From NCBI GenBank assembly GCA_038227875.1, contig JBBRPR010000045.1:1-64000 (forward strand): a stretch of DNA of 64,000 bases, in the 5' to 3' direction. Source of the DNA: Planctomycetota bacterium. GTDB lineage: Bacteria > Planctomycetota > SZUA-567 > H5-PLA8. A program made the translations under genes and the position numbers. A model generated the notes under the pieces. The model was not told the DNA's origin. It worked only from the letters and a program-made list of their open reading frames with translations, and ran no database searches. Shown in pieces: positions 30,074-38,548 of this stretch (positions are counted from its first letter, which is position 1; the number at the start of each line of letters is the position of its first letter).

Positions 30074-33000
30074 ATGCAAATGGCCGAGGCCGTTCTCGAA
30101 ACCGATTCCGTTTTCATCCACTTCGTCACCACCGAACCCGGCGGCGCGGGCGCGATCGTACGCATTCTGGCCGAACGCGAATCCCCCAGTCCCGCTGGCG
30201 ATCTCAGCTTCGACCGCCTGATCGGCGGCGGCCAGCGCCTGACGATGGCGCAAGCGCAGATGACCGGCCTGACCAACACTCAATTGGATTCCGCCGACGA
30301 ACTCGACGTGGTCCTCGAAGATTTGATCGAGTTCAGCCACGGCGCGACGCACTGGGTCGTTCCCAGCGGCGTCTCCGCGCGCGAGCTGCTTCGCAATGCC
30401 GCGCTGAGCAGCGGCCTGCCGCGTTTTCCGACGCCGGGAGTAGTAGGAATCGACGAGCTCGCTGGAGTCGTGCGACCGACAGAGGAAATACGCATCCTTT
30501 CCTCTAAAAACGATAACAATCTCAAATCCCTCTGGCACGACCTCCTCACCGATCTCCTGAAACTCCCCCTCCCTCTACTCTCCGAGATGAACTGGCTGCT
30601 CGCGCGCACGGATCATCCGCTTAAAAAATTGCTAAAGAGCGCTGAGACGGAAGCGGTCAAGGATCAGTTCAGCACGACCTTCAACAGCGGCAAGATTTCG
30701 CTCGAAAAATACTTCAAGGACTTCTCCGAGATCATCAATCGTCTGGGCTCCGAGCCGGAAGATGGTGAGCTGGGCGCACTGCCGCCGATGGCCGACGACC
30801 GGCCGCCGCAGGAGCCGGTCACCGCCGCGGAAATCGAAGCGGTGCTCGGCAGCGACGGCCCGCTCTCCAAGCACCTCACGGGCTACGAGGACCGGCCGGA
30901 GCAACTCGCGATGGCGCAGCGCGTCGCGGAGTCGCTCAACACCGGCAAGCACCTGATCGCGGAAGCGGGAACAGGCATCGGCAAAAGCCTCGCGTACCTG
31001 GTGCCGGCGATTCTGTTCGCCAAACGCGCGGGGCGGCCAGTGATGATCTCGACGCACACCAAAAATCTCCAGGCGCAGCTTTACGACAAGGACCTGCCGT
31101 TCCTGCGCAAACATCTGGGCATGGATTTTGAGCCGGCGCTGCTCAAGGGCCGGCCAAACTACCTCTGCTTGCGGAAATTCATGTACACTCTCCAGGAATC
31201 GGCCACGGAGCTAGACGACGACGAGCGAGGACGGCTGCTGCCCGTGATGACGTGGGCCACGCGCACCGACACCGGCGACGTCACGGAACTCGCGGCGTTC
31301 TCGCGCGAACAGAGCCCGGAACTCTGGGACCGTCTCCACACCGTCGGCGACGATTGCCTGAAGCGGCAGTGCCCATTTTACAAGCGCTGCTTTGTCTACA
31401 AAGCGCGCGGCCTGACGCGCACGGCCGATGTCGTGGTGCTGAATCACTCGCTCGTCTTTTCCGATCTGAATCTCGAGAGCGGCGTGCTGCCGCCATACAA
31501 CGAGATCGTCTTCGACGAAGCGCACAAGCTGGAGGACGTCGCGACCGAGCATCTTGCGTGCGAGGTCACCCCCAAGCGCATCTACCGCGTGCTCAACAAG
31601 CTCTACCGCATCCCCCACGGCGGCACGGCGGGCAAGGGCGTGCTCGCGGCGCTGCTGGCCAATGTCGATCAGTCGAGTCATGAAATCAAAAGCGACATTC
31701 TCGAGCAGATCCGCACGCACATTCTCGCGGCGATGCAGGCGATCCAGCCGGCCAACGACGGCTCTGATGTCTTCTTCGATACCGTGCGCGGCTGGACCGA
31801 CCGGCCGGAGCCCGATCGCGACGAACCGCCCGCGCAGATGTTTGTGCCGATGGAACGCGGCCGCGGTCCGGCGCCAGATCCCGACGACCTGTCGCCGCCG
31901 CCTGCGATGAGTTTCCAGCCGCGGCGCAACAAATTTCCCAGCCGCCAGCCCTCCGACCGCCGCCGCTTCTCCTCGGCATCGCTGCGGCCCGATGACGTCG
32001 AACGCTTCACCAACGGCAAGGAAGCGGTGATCGCGCGGCTCGGCCGGTTGCGCCAGTCGCTGACTTCAATTGAAGATGACTTCAAAGAGGTGAAGAAAAA
32101 TTCGATCCAGCGCGGCCGCGAACTGCTCAAGGAACTTCAGGCGCAGAATATGTTCTTGGAGGAATTGATCCACGACATCGAATTCGTGATCAAGGGCGAA
32201 GAACCCAACTACGTCTTCTGGACGGAGCCGCTCGGCAAGAAGGGCGCGCGCGTCGTCGCCGCGCCGCTGGACGTCTCGGGCCTGCTCAACTCGCAGCTCT
32301 ATGAAAAGAAGCGCTCGGTGATTCTCGCCTCGGCGACGCTCTCCGTACGCGATTCGGAGGCCGACGATGGCGCGGGCCTCGCCCCGATCCGGATTCCGCG
32401 ACGACCGATGCAGCAGGAAGAAAAGCCGGCGCCGGTCGATCTGGTCCACGACAAGCCGCATCCCAAGAGCTTCGAATTTTTGAAGACGCGCATCGGCTTG
32501 AAACTGGTGCCGGCCAACAAGCTCGACGAACTCCTGCTCGGCAGCCCGTTCGATTATCCCAACCAGTGCCGACTGTATGTGCCGACATTCCTGCCCGAAC
32601 CCGGCGGCGCGCGCGAGAAGGATTTTTCGGCGGGCTTCGCGGCAATGGTCAGCGATCTAGTCAGCGCCAGCGGCGGACGCGCGATGGTGCTCTATACGTC
32701 GTACGCGGCGCTGGAAGCCAGCGCGCGGCTGCTGCGCAAGTCACTCGCGCCGCAAAACATCGAAGTCATCGCGCAAGGCAACGACGGCTCGCGCGAATCG
32801 CTGCTGGCACGCTTGAAAGAGAACAAGCGCACGGTGCTGCTGGGCACGGCGAGTTTCTGGGAAGGCGTGGACGTCCGCGGCGACGCGCTCTCGCTGCTGA
32901 TCATCGCCAAGCTGCCGTTCGCGGTCTTCACCGATCCGATCGTGCAAGGCCGTTGCGAGCTGCTCGAAGCGAATGGCAAAGACCCGTTCCTGCACTTCAG

Positions 33001-33226
33001 CATCCCGCAGGCGATCTTGAAACTCCGCCAGGGCTTCGGCCGCCTGATTCGCTCGAAGACCGACCGGGGCATCGTGGTCCTCGCCGACAAGCGCGTGGTG
33101 ACACGCCGCTATGGCGCCGCGTTTCTGCGGGCGCTGCCGGCGAAGGCGCACATCGCCTCGAGCGGCGAGCAGCTGACGAAGTCGGTGCAGGAGTTTCTCG
33201 ACAACATCGCAGAAGGCGCAGAATAG
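30074..33226 (+). CDS. dinG: DinG/YoaA family ATP-dependent DNA helicase
   Basis: Q motif RPEQ, EAGTGIGKS, Fe-S cysteines (YLC...DDCLKRQCPF...C), FDEAH, SATL, FWEGVD, QGFGRLIR. Confidence 0.9.
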   Translation: MQMAEAVLETDSVFIHFVTTEPGGAGAIVRILAERESPSPAGDLSFDRLIGGGQRLTMAQAQMTGLTNTQLDSADELDVVLEDLIEFSHGATHWVVPSGVSARELLRNAALSSGLPRFPTPGVVGIDELAGVVRPTEEIRILSSKNDNNLKSLWHDLLTDLLKLPLPLLSEMNWLLARTDHPLKKLLKSAETEAVKDQFSTTFNSGKISLEKYFKDFSEIINRLGSEPEDGELGALPPMADDRPPQEPVTAAEIEAVLGSDGPLSKHLTGYEDRPEQLAMAQRVAESLNTGKHLIAEAGTGIGKSLAYLVPAILFAKRAGRPVMISTHTKNLQAQLYDKDLPFLRKHLGMDFEPALLKGRPNYLCLRKFMYTLQESATELDDDERGRLLPVMTWATRTDTGDVTELAAFSREQSPELWDRLHTVGDDCLKRQCPFYKRCFVYKARGLTRTADVVVLNHSLVFSDLNLESGVLPPYNEIVFDEAHKLEDVATEHLACEVTPKRIYRVLNKLYRIPHGGTAGKGVLAALLANVDQSSHEIKSDILEQIRTHILAAMQAIQPANDGSDVFFDTVRGWTDRPEPDRDEPPAQMFVPMERGRGPAPDPDDLSPPPAMSFQPRRNKFPSRQPSDRRRFSSASLRPDDVERFTNGKEAVIARLGRLRQSLTSIEDDFKEVKKNSIQRGRELLKELQAQNMFLEELIHDIEFVIKGEEPNYVFWTEPLGKKGARVVAAPLDVSGLLNSQLYEKKRSVILASATLSVRDSEADDGAGLAPIRIPRRPMQQEEKPAPVDLVHDKPHPKSFEFLKTRIGLKLVPANKLDELLLGSPFDYPNQCRLYVPTFLPEPGGAREKDFSAGFAAMVSDLVSASGGRAMVLYTSYAALEASARLLRKSLAPQNIEVIAQGNDGSRESLLARLKENKRTVLLGTASFWEGVDVRGDALSLLIIAKLPFAVFTDPIVQGRCELLEANGKDPFLHFSIPQAILKLRQGFGRLIRSKTDRGIVVLADKRVVTRRYGAAFLRALPAKAHIASSGEQLTKSVQEFLDNIAEGAE

Positions 33227-33282
33227 CGCTTCCGAAATGCTCGCGCTTGCATACCGTTAATGAGCGCCAAGTGGAGCCCCGC

Positions 33283-34551
33283 GTGTCTGATCCCAATGAA
33301 CCTCTGCCGCAGCCTCTCGATTCGCCCATGCCGGCGGACCCGGCGCGCAACGACACGCCAACGGAAGTGGTCCCCAAAAATAACCCGCTGATCGTGCTCC
33401 AGATCGCGACGCCAGCCACGATTCTTCTCGCGTTAGTCAACATCGGAGTATTCGTGGCGATGGTGGCCGTTGCCGGCGGCACGACGCTCATGAACCCGAC
33501 AGTACCCACGCTGCTCGATTGGGGAGCGAACTTCGGTCCGCTGACAGCGGGTGGCCAGCCGTGGCGCCTGTTCACGGCGATGTTCCTGCACATCGGCCTC
33601 GTCCACATCTTCTTTAATATGTGGGCGCTCTGGAACCTGGGGCGCACGGCGGAGCAGTTCTACGGTACGTCGCGATTCGTCGCGATTTACATACTGACAG
33701 GATTGGCGGGGAGCTGCGCCAGTCTGCTCCACAATCCCCTGGTCACGAGCGCTGGAGCTTCAGGGGCGATTTTTGGAATCCTCGGCGCGTTGTTTACCTT
33801 CGCCACGCTGCAGAAAATATCCGGCGGCGATCCGCGCTATCACCGGATCCAGATGTCGGTGCTGCGAGCCATCGCGATCAACCTGGTCATCGGCTTTTCC
33901 ATTCCGCAGATCGACAACAGCGCACATATCGGCGGCCTGATCTTCGGCATCGTCGCCGGCGCGGTCTTTGCGCCCATTCGCATTCGCGGGTTTAACATGG
34001 CGATCGCAAAACGCGGAGCCATTGGCACGATTCTGCTTGTCGCCGTGTTGCTGGTCGGCACCGGCGTTGCGCGCAACCGCGCGCTGGCGGATTCACGGGT
34101 AAAAAAGTACACCGGCGGAAAAATGTACGCGACGTATTTTCAACAAATCAAGGAGTCCATCGAGGAGCAGGGAAAGATACACAAAGAGGTCCGGGAGTTG
34201 CTCCACACTCCGCCGATCCCTAAAGACCGCGCCCACGATCTCGCCGGGCGGGCCGATCAAGTGCTGAAGAATATGCAGGGCGTTACTCCGAACCCGGCGT
34301 TGGCCAGGGTTCACCAGATTCTAGTGACCGAATCGGTCAACCTCGCCGCTGCTACTCACGCGCTGGAGAATTACGCCGACTCTCCGTTGCCAGCCACGGC
34401 GGAGAAGGTAAACGCTGAACTTAAGAAGAGCACCGGAGTGACGAAAGACTTTAACGCAGCCATTCAAGTCTTTGGCAAGGAATACGGAATTGATTTCAAG
34501 CGTGGCGATCAGGAAGCGCCGGAAAAATCCGATGACACCGATGTTCCGTAA
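33283..34551 (+). CDS. rhomboid family intramembrane serine protease with soluble C-terminal extension
   Basis: WRLFTAMFLHIGLVHIFFNM, GASGAIFG, AHIGGLIFG; start uncertain (GTG 33283 or ATG 33328). Confidence 0.9.
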   Translation: MSDPNEPLPQPLDSPMPADPARNDTPTEVVPKNNPLIVLQIATPATILLALVNIGVFVAMVAVAGGTTLMNPTVPTLLDWGANFGPLTAGGQPWRLFTAMFLHIGLVHIFFNMWALWNLGRTAEQFYGTSRFVAIYILTGLAGSCASLLHNPLVTSAGASGAIFGILGALFTFATLQKISGGDPRYHRIQMSVLRAIAINLVIGFSIPQIDNSAHIGGLIFGIVAGAVFAPIRIRGFNMAIAKRGAIGTILLVAVLLVGTGVARNRALADSRVKKYTGGKMYATYFQQIKESIEEQGKIHKEVRELLHTPPIPKDRAHDLAGRADQVLKNMQGVTPNPALARVHQILVTESVNLAAATHALENYADSPLPATAEKVNAELKKSTGVTKDFNAAIQVFGKEYGIDFKRGDQEAPEKSDDTDVP

Positions 34552-35391
34552 TCATCGCCGCTCGCGCCACTCCCGCGGCGGCATCCCGGTCTCGGCTTTG
34601 AATGCGCGGTAAAAGCTCGACAGGTCCTCGAACCCGCACTCAAACCCGATGATCGCCACCGAGCGCTCCGTTTTCTTCAGCAGCGCCTGCGCGTGACGGA
34701 TGCGCAGCTTGCGGACGTGGTTGAGCCACGACGTGCCGCTGAGTTTGCGGAACACGCGCGTGAAGTAACGGCGGCTTAAGCCCAGCCGCTCAGCCACGTT
34801 GTCGATCTTTTCGTTGTCGCTGAATTTCTGTTCGAGTTCCTTCACGTACGCCTGTACGCGCGCTTCCGGCGGAGAATTCTGCTCCGGCGACCGGCTGCGT
34901 TCTGTGTGAACACCGCTCGCGCGCGCCAGCGTGGCGACGAGTTGCAACGACAGCCCCGTCATCATCGTCGCGCAGCCACCGCGCAGCAGTGATTGCTCGA
35001 AGAACAACTGCCGCAGCAAGCGGCGCGCTTCGCCGGTCAGTGCCTGTTGGCGGAAAATTCGGAACTTGCCCAGATGCTGCTGCGCGTCTGCGGCATTCAC
35101 GAGGACCGCATCGCGCACGCAGAGCACAATCAACGCCAGCGCCCGTTTCGGATCGTCCTCGATGCGATGCCGATAATGCGCCGGCACGGCGATCACGTCG
35201 CCTTTATGTATTGCGTGCCGCGCCTTGGGCGCCACGACCGCGCCGGCGCCATCGAGCACGAACATGAGTTTGAAATAATCGTGTGCCGTATCCGGCATGC
35301 GGAAGGCACTGCCGTGGTGGCTTTCGAGAATGAAAATGCCCCACGGGGGAAAGGCCGGTTCGACGGGCTTGCTGGCGCGTGCGGCAAACAT
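34552..35391 (-). CDS. AraC family transcriptional regulator
   Basis: N-terminal cupin; VAERLGLSRRYFTRVFRK...CGFEDLSSFYRAFK. Confidence 0.93.
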   Translation of the reverse strand: MFAARASKPVEPAFPPWGIFILESHHGSAFRMPDTAHDYFKLMFVLDGAGAVVAPKARHAIHKGDVIAVPAHYRHRIEDDPKRALALIVLCVRDAVLVNAADAQQHLGKFRIFRQQALTGEARRLLRQLFFEQSLLRGGCATMMTGLSLQLVATLARASGVHTERSRSPEQNSPPEARVQAYVKELEQKFSDNEKIDNVAERLGLSRRYFTRVFRKLSGTSWLNHVRKLRIRHAQALLKKTERSVAIIGFECGFEDLSSFYRAFKAETGMPPREWRERR

Positions 35392-35409
35392 GAGCGATGA
35401 GGAGGCGCG

Positions 35410-35754
35410 TTACTTTTTCGGCTCGTCCTTCTTAGGCTCTTCTTTCTTCGCATCGTCTTTCTTGTAGCCAAACTTCGCCGGATCGGCCTGAAATTCCTTC
35501 GATGCGTCGCGCGTCGCGAAGTGGTATTCCTTGTCGCCGACCTTGACGTGGTAGATCGGCTTCGACGGCTTGCGTGTCACCGGGCAGATGCCGTTGGCTT
35601 CGCATTCGTCGAGCGTCATGTCCTTTGGGTCCTTCTCTTTTTTGACATCGTCCTTCTTCGGCGGATCCTCAGCTGCGCGCGCGCCGTACGCCGCGCCGCT
35701 CAGCGCCGCCATCAATCCAGCCGCCAACGCCAACTTACCGATTCGCAGGGCCAT
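35410..35754 (-). CDS. small secreted YHS-like domain protein
   Basis: Signal peptide; CPVT...VGDKEYHFATRDASKEFQADPAKF. Confidence 0.7.
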   Translation of the reverse strand: MALRIGKLALAAGLMAALSGAAYGARAAEDPPKKDDVKKEKDPKDMTLDECEANGICPVTRKPSKPIYHVKVGDKEYHFATRDASKEFQADPAKFGYKKDDAKKEEPKKDEPKK

Positions 35755-35788
35755 CGTTCGTTCTCCAGAAGCTTCTTTGTGTTGGGAA

Positions 35789-37456
35789 TTATTCGCTTTC
35801 GCGGACGCGTTCGGCGACGGCTTTCAGGCACAGTTCCTTCAAGCGTCGGCGGTCATCGGCTGAGATTTCGGCGACTTCCAGGCCCAGCAGCCAGCGCGCC
35901 TTGCCCGCTTCGGCGCGCTCCTTGGCGCGGATCGAGCGCAGGTGGCACAGCGCGGTGATCTCCTGGAACGTGCCCGTCAGCACCACGCGCGCGCAGATGC
36001 CGCGGCGGCGCAGATCGTCGGGACTGCCCAGCGCCGTGGGCGTGCCTTCGATCAGGAAGCCACCTTCGCTGATGTTCAAGGTCGTGCCGTGGTGAATCAC
36101 TTCTTCGGCCGGATGCCCCAGGCGGCTGCAGAACTGGTACCGTGCCAGCGCGCTGATCTCATAGCGGATGAAGCGCCGCAGCTTGCGCTTCTGCTTGCCG
36201 CGCACCTTGTCGAGCATGCGGATGACCAGGTCTTCCTGGCCCAGGAACATTTCGATGCGCTTGCCGCAAAGCTTCTCCAGTTCGCGCGTCGTCGTCTGCG
36301 GCAGCGGATCGGCCACGGCGATGCAGACGAACGCCTTCGAATCGTCGAACGGCACGAAACTGTACTGCGTCATCAATTCGTGCGGGAAGACGCGCGCGAG
36401 GTTGTCGGGAATCGTGGCATCGGAAAGATCGGTCATCGGCAGTCCAGTCTGGAGCGCCAGCGCACGGCAAAGCGCATCGGGCGTCACCAGTCCCGTGCGC
36501 AACAGGTAACGGCCCAGGCGTTCGCCATTGGCGCGCGCCTGCTGCAGCGCGATCGAAACCTGTTCGTTGTTCAACCGCCCCATGTGGACGAGTACTTCGC
36601 CGACTTTCTTCAATCGAAGTGTCTGCGTATCCTGCGTCGACGATACGACCGCGCCGTGCGTGGGCATCGTCGCCGCCGCGCGGGCCAGCTGCGGGTTGTC
36701 GAGAATCTTCGATTCCGGCTCGTCATCGGGTTCCGGCGGCAATTGCGGCACGGCCGGAGCATTCGCCGTTGATGGTGGTGGCGGTGGCGGAACGATGGGA
36801 GGCATCGGCTCGGGAATGGGCGAAAACTGCCGGCGCGGTGGAGACTGCCGTGCCATCGGCGGCGCGGTCACGGGTGGAGGCGGCACATCCTGCGCGGGTC
36901 CACCGTTTCTGCCCGCGACAGGTACCGAATAATGCCCTGCGCCCGATCCCGGTGCGGCTGGCACAGCTGCCGACGATCCGGATCCCGATGGAGGTGGCGG
37001 CGGCGGCACGGACATCGGATTCGGACGCGCGCCGGCCGGAAGCTGCGCGGCGCTGAGGCGTTGCGCGCCGGCCTGGCGCACACGCTCGGTTGCCAGCGTC
37101 ATCACCGCCTGCATCAAAATGTTGCGGTGAGCCGGAGCAGTATGGTGGAATTTCAGATCGACTTCGGTGCGGCCGCCGGCCGTGGTAACGGTGCTGACCA
37201 GACCATCAATCTCAAAATCGGCCAGATATGGCGGCGCTTCCAGCCGCAGGTGCAGCGGGCGGTTGGGGGCCAGCGCTTTCTGCCAGTCGGCGAGCATCGC
37301 GGGCGCGAGTTCGTGAAGCGCGAAGGCGCCACGGCATCCCTGCTCGTTCAAATCCACGAGCGTTCCGCTGATGGGCGGAAGCATCGGGAACGACAACACC
37401 AGAGTGCCCTGCCGAATTTGCAAGCGGCCGGCTGGTATCTTCGTTGGGCTCGCCAT
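35789..37456 (-). CDS. PilZ-like / Pro-rich / MshEN (T2SSE_N) / PilZ multidomain protein
   Basis: KVGEVLVHMGRLNNEQVSIALQQ and RLGRYLLRTGLVTPDALCRALALQ; RRFIR...NISEGG. Confidence 0.8.
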   Translation of the reverse strand: MASPTKIPAGRLQIRQGTLVLSFPMLPPISGTLVDLNEQGCRGAFALHELAPAMLADWQKALAPNRPLHLRLEAPPYLADFEIDGLVSTVTTAGGRTEVDLKFHHTAPAHRNILMQAVMTLATERVRQAGAQRLSAAQLPAGARPNPMSVPPPPPPSGSGSSAAVPAAPGSGAGHYSVPVAGRNGGPAQDVPPPPVTAPPMARQSPPRRQFSPIPEPMPPIVPPPPPPSTANAPAVPQLPPEPDDEPESKILDNPQLARAAATMPTHGAVVSSTQDTQTLRLKKVGEVLVHMGRLNNEQVSIALQQARANGERLGRYLLRTGLVTPDALCRALALQTGLPMTDLSDATIPDNLARVFPHELMTQYSFVPFDDSKAFVCIAVADPLPQTTTRELEKLCGKRIEMFLGQEDLVIRMLDKVRGKQKRKLRRFIRYEISALARYQFCSRLGHPAEEVIHHGTTLNISEGGFLIEGTPTALGSPDDLRRRGICARVVLTGTFQEITALCHLRSIRAKERAEAGKARWLLGLEVAEISADDRRRLKELCLKAVAERVRESE

Positions 37457-37637
37457 ATCCCCCTCGAACACGTGCATCACTGAAAACGGCAATTTGCAGT
37501 ATACAGTTTTTCACAAGTTTTGCACCGGGGGCGCGTGAATTCCACAAGAGGTATCAAGAAAACGGAAATATATTGTGCCTTCAAACATCGGGGCTAGAAC
37601 GTTGCCCTGAATAATTCATTCCTTGTTAGGGGGATTT

Positions 37638-38546
37638 ATGGAGTCAGCCACCGTCTACAAGCCCTCCGGCGAATCCGGCAACGCAATGGTTCTGGTCCCC
37701 CTGTTCGCTATTCCGCTCAGCTTGATCCTGAGCATCGTTTACGCATACATCTCCGTTTACAATCCGCTGATCGGCGTGATTTCATTTCTGCTCCCGCTGG
37801 GCTTCGGTGCGCTCTTCGGATTCGGTCTGACCTCAGCCGTCACTCTGGCCAAATGCCGCAATCCTCAGTTGGTGCTGCTGACGTGTAGCGCGGCGACGCT
37901 GTTTGTGATGTACTGCGTCTGGGCCTGTTTCATTTACGTTTTTCTCGATCACATCAACTCGCCGGTTCCGCTGACGACGGTTTTTCTCGATCCGGGTGGC
38001 ATCTTTGCCGCCATGTCTCAAATTGCCGCCGTCGGTTGGTACACGGTCAAAGGCACGACGCCCAGCGGCATCGTGCTCTGGATATTCTGGCTGTGCGAGG
38101 CTGGTATGATCGGATACCTGGCCGTCTCAATGCCGTTCAGTCACGTCAAAGAAACGCTCTTCTGCGAAGACTGCAACGACTGGTGCCCAGCCAAAAAGGA
38201 TCTCGCGCGCTACGTCCCGACCAGCGAAACAGCCAAGACCGAACGCATCAAAAGCGGCGACCTCACCGTGCTCGCCGAATTGACGCCGGCCACGGTTACC
38301 GCGCCGATTTACATGCGCCTGGATTCGCAGCGCTGCGGAAAATGCAGCCGCACGTCCACCTTTCAGTTGTCGCAGATCACGATCACCAAAGACAAGAACG
38401 GCAAGCCGCAGGAGAAAGTCGAGAAGCTGACCGAGTTGGTGATCCTGACGCCCGACTCGCTGACGAAGTTGCAGAACGCGCTGGTGAAACAAGCCAGCGC
38501 GCCGGCGCCTGCTGCTCCGCCGCCGGCGCCGGACGGTCCGGCATAA
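37638..38546 (+). CDS. membrane protein with C-terminal Zn-ribbon-like cysteine pairs
   Basis: 4-5 TM segments; CEDC and CGKC. Confidence 0.75.
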   Translation: MESATVYKPSGESGNAMVLVPLFAIPLSLILSIVYAYISVYNPLIGVISFLLPLGFGALFGFGLTSAVTLAKCRNPQLVLLTCSAATLFVMYCVWACFIYVFLDHINSPVPLTTVFLDPGGIFAAMSQIAAVGWYTVKGTTPSGIVLWIFWLCEAGMIGYLAVSMPFSHVKETLFCEDCNDWCPAKKDLARYVPTSETAKTERIKSGDLTVLAELTPATVTAPIYMRLDSQRCGKCSRTSTFQLSQITITKDKNGKPQEKVEKLTELVILTPDSLTKLQNALVKQASAPAPAAPPPAPDGPA

Positions 38547-38548
38547 CC

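Noticed and set aside
30074..33226. DinG as a type IV CRISPR or defence component
   Set aside because: No cas genes, array or defence neighbours; the context is housekeeping.
32566..33282. Long N-terminal extension of the rhomboid ORF
   Set aside because: Overlaps dinG in another frame and is Arg-rich noise; the real start is after the dinG stop.
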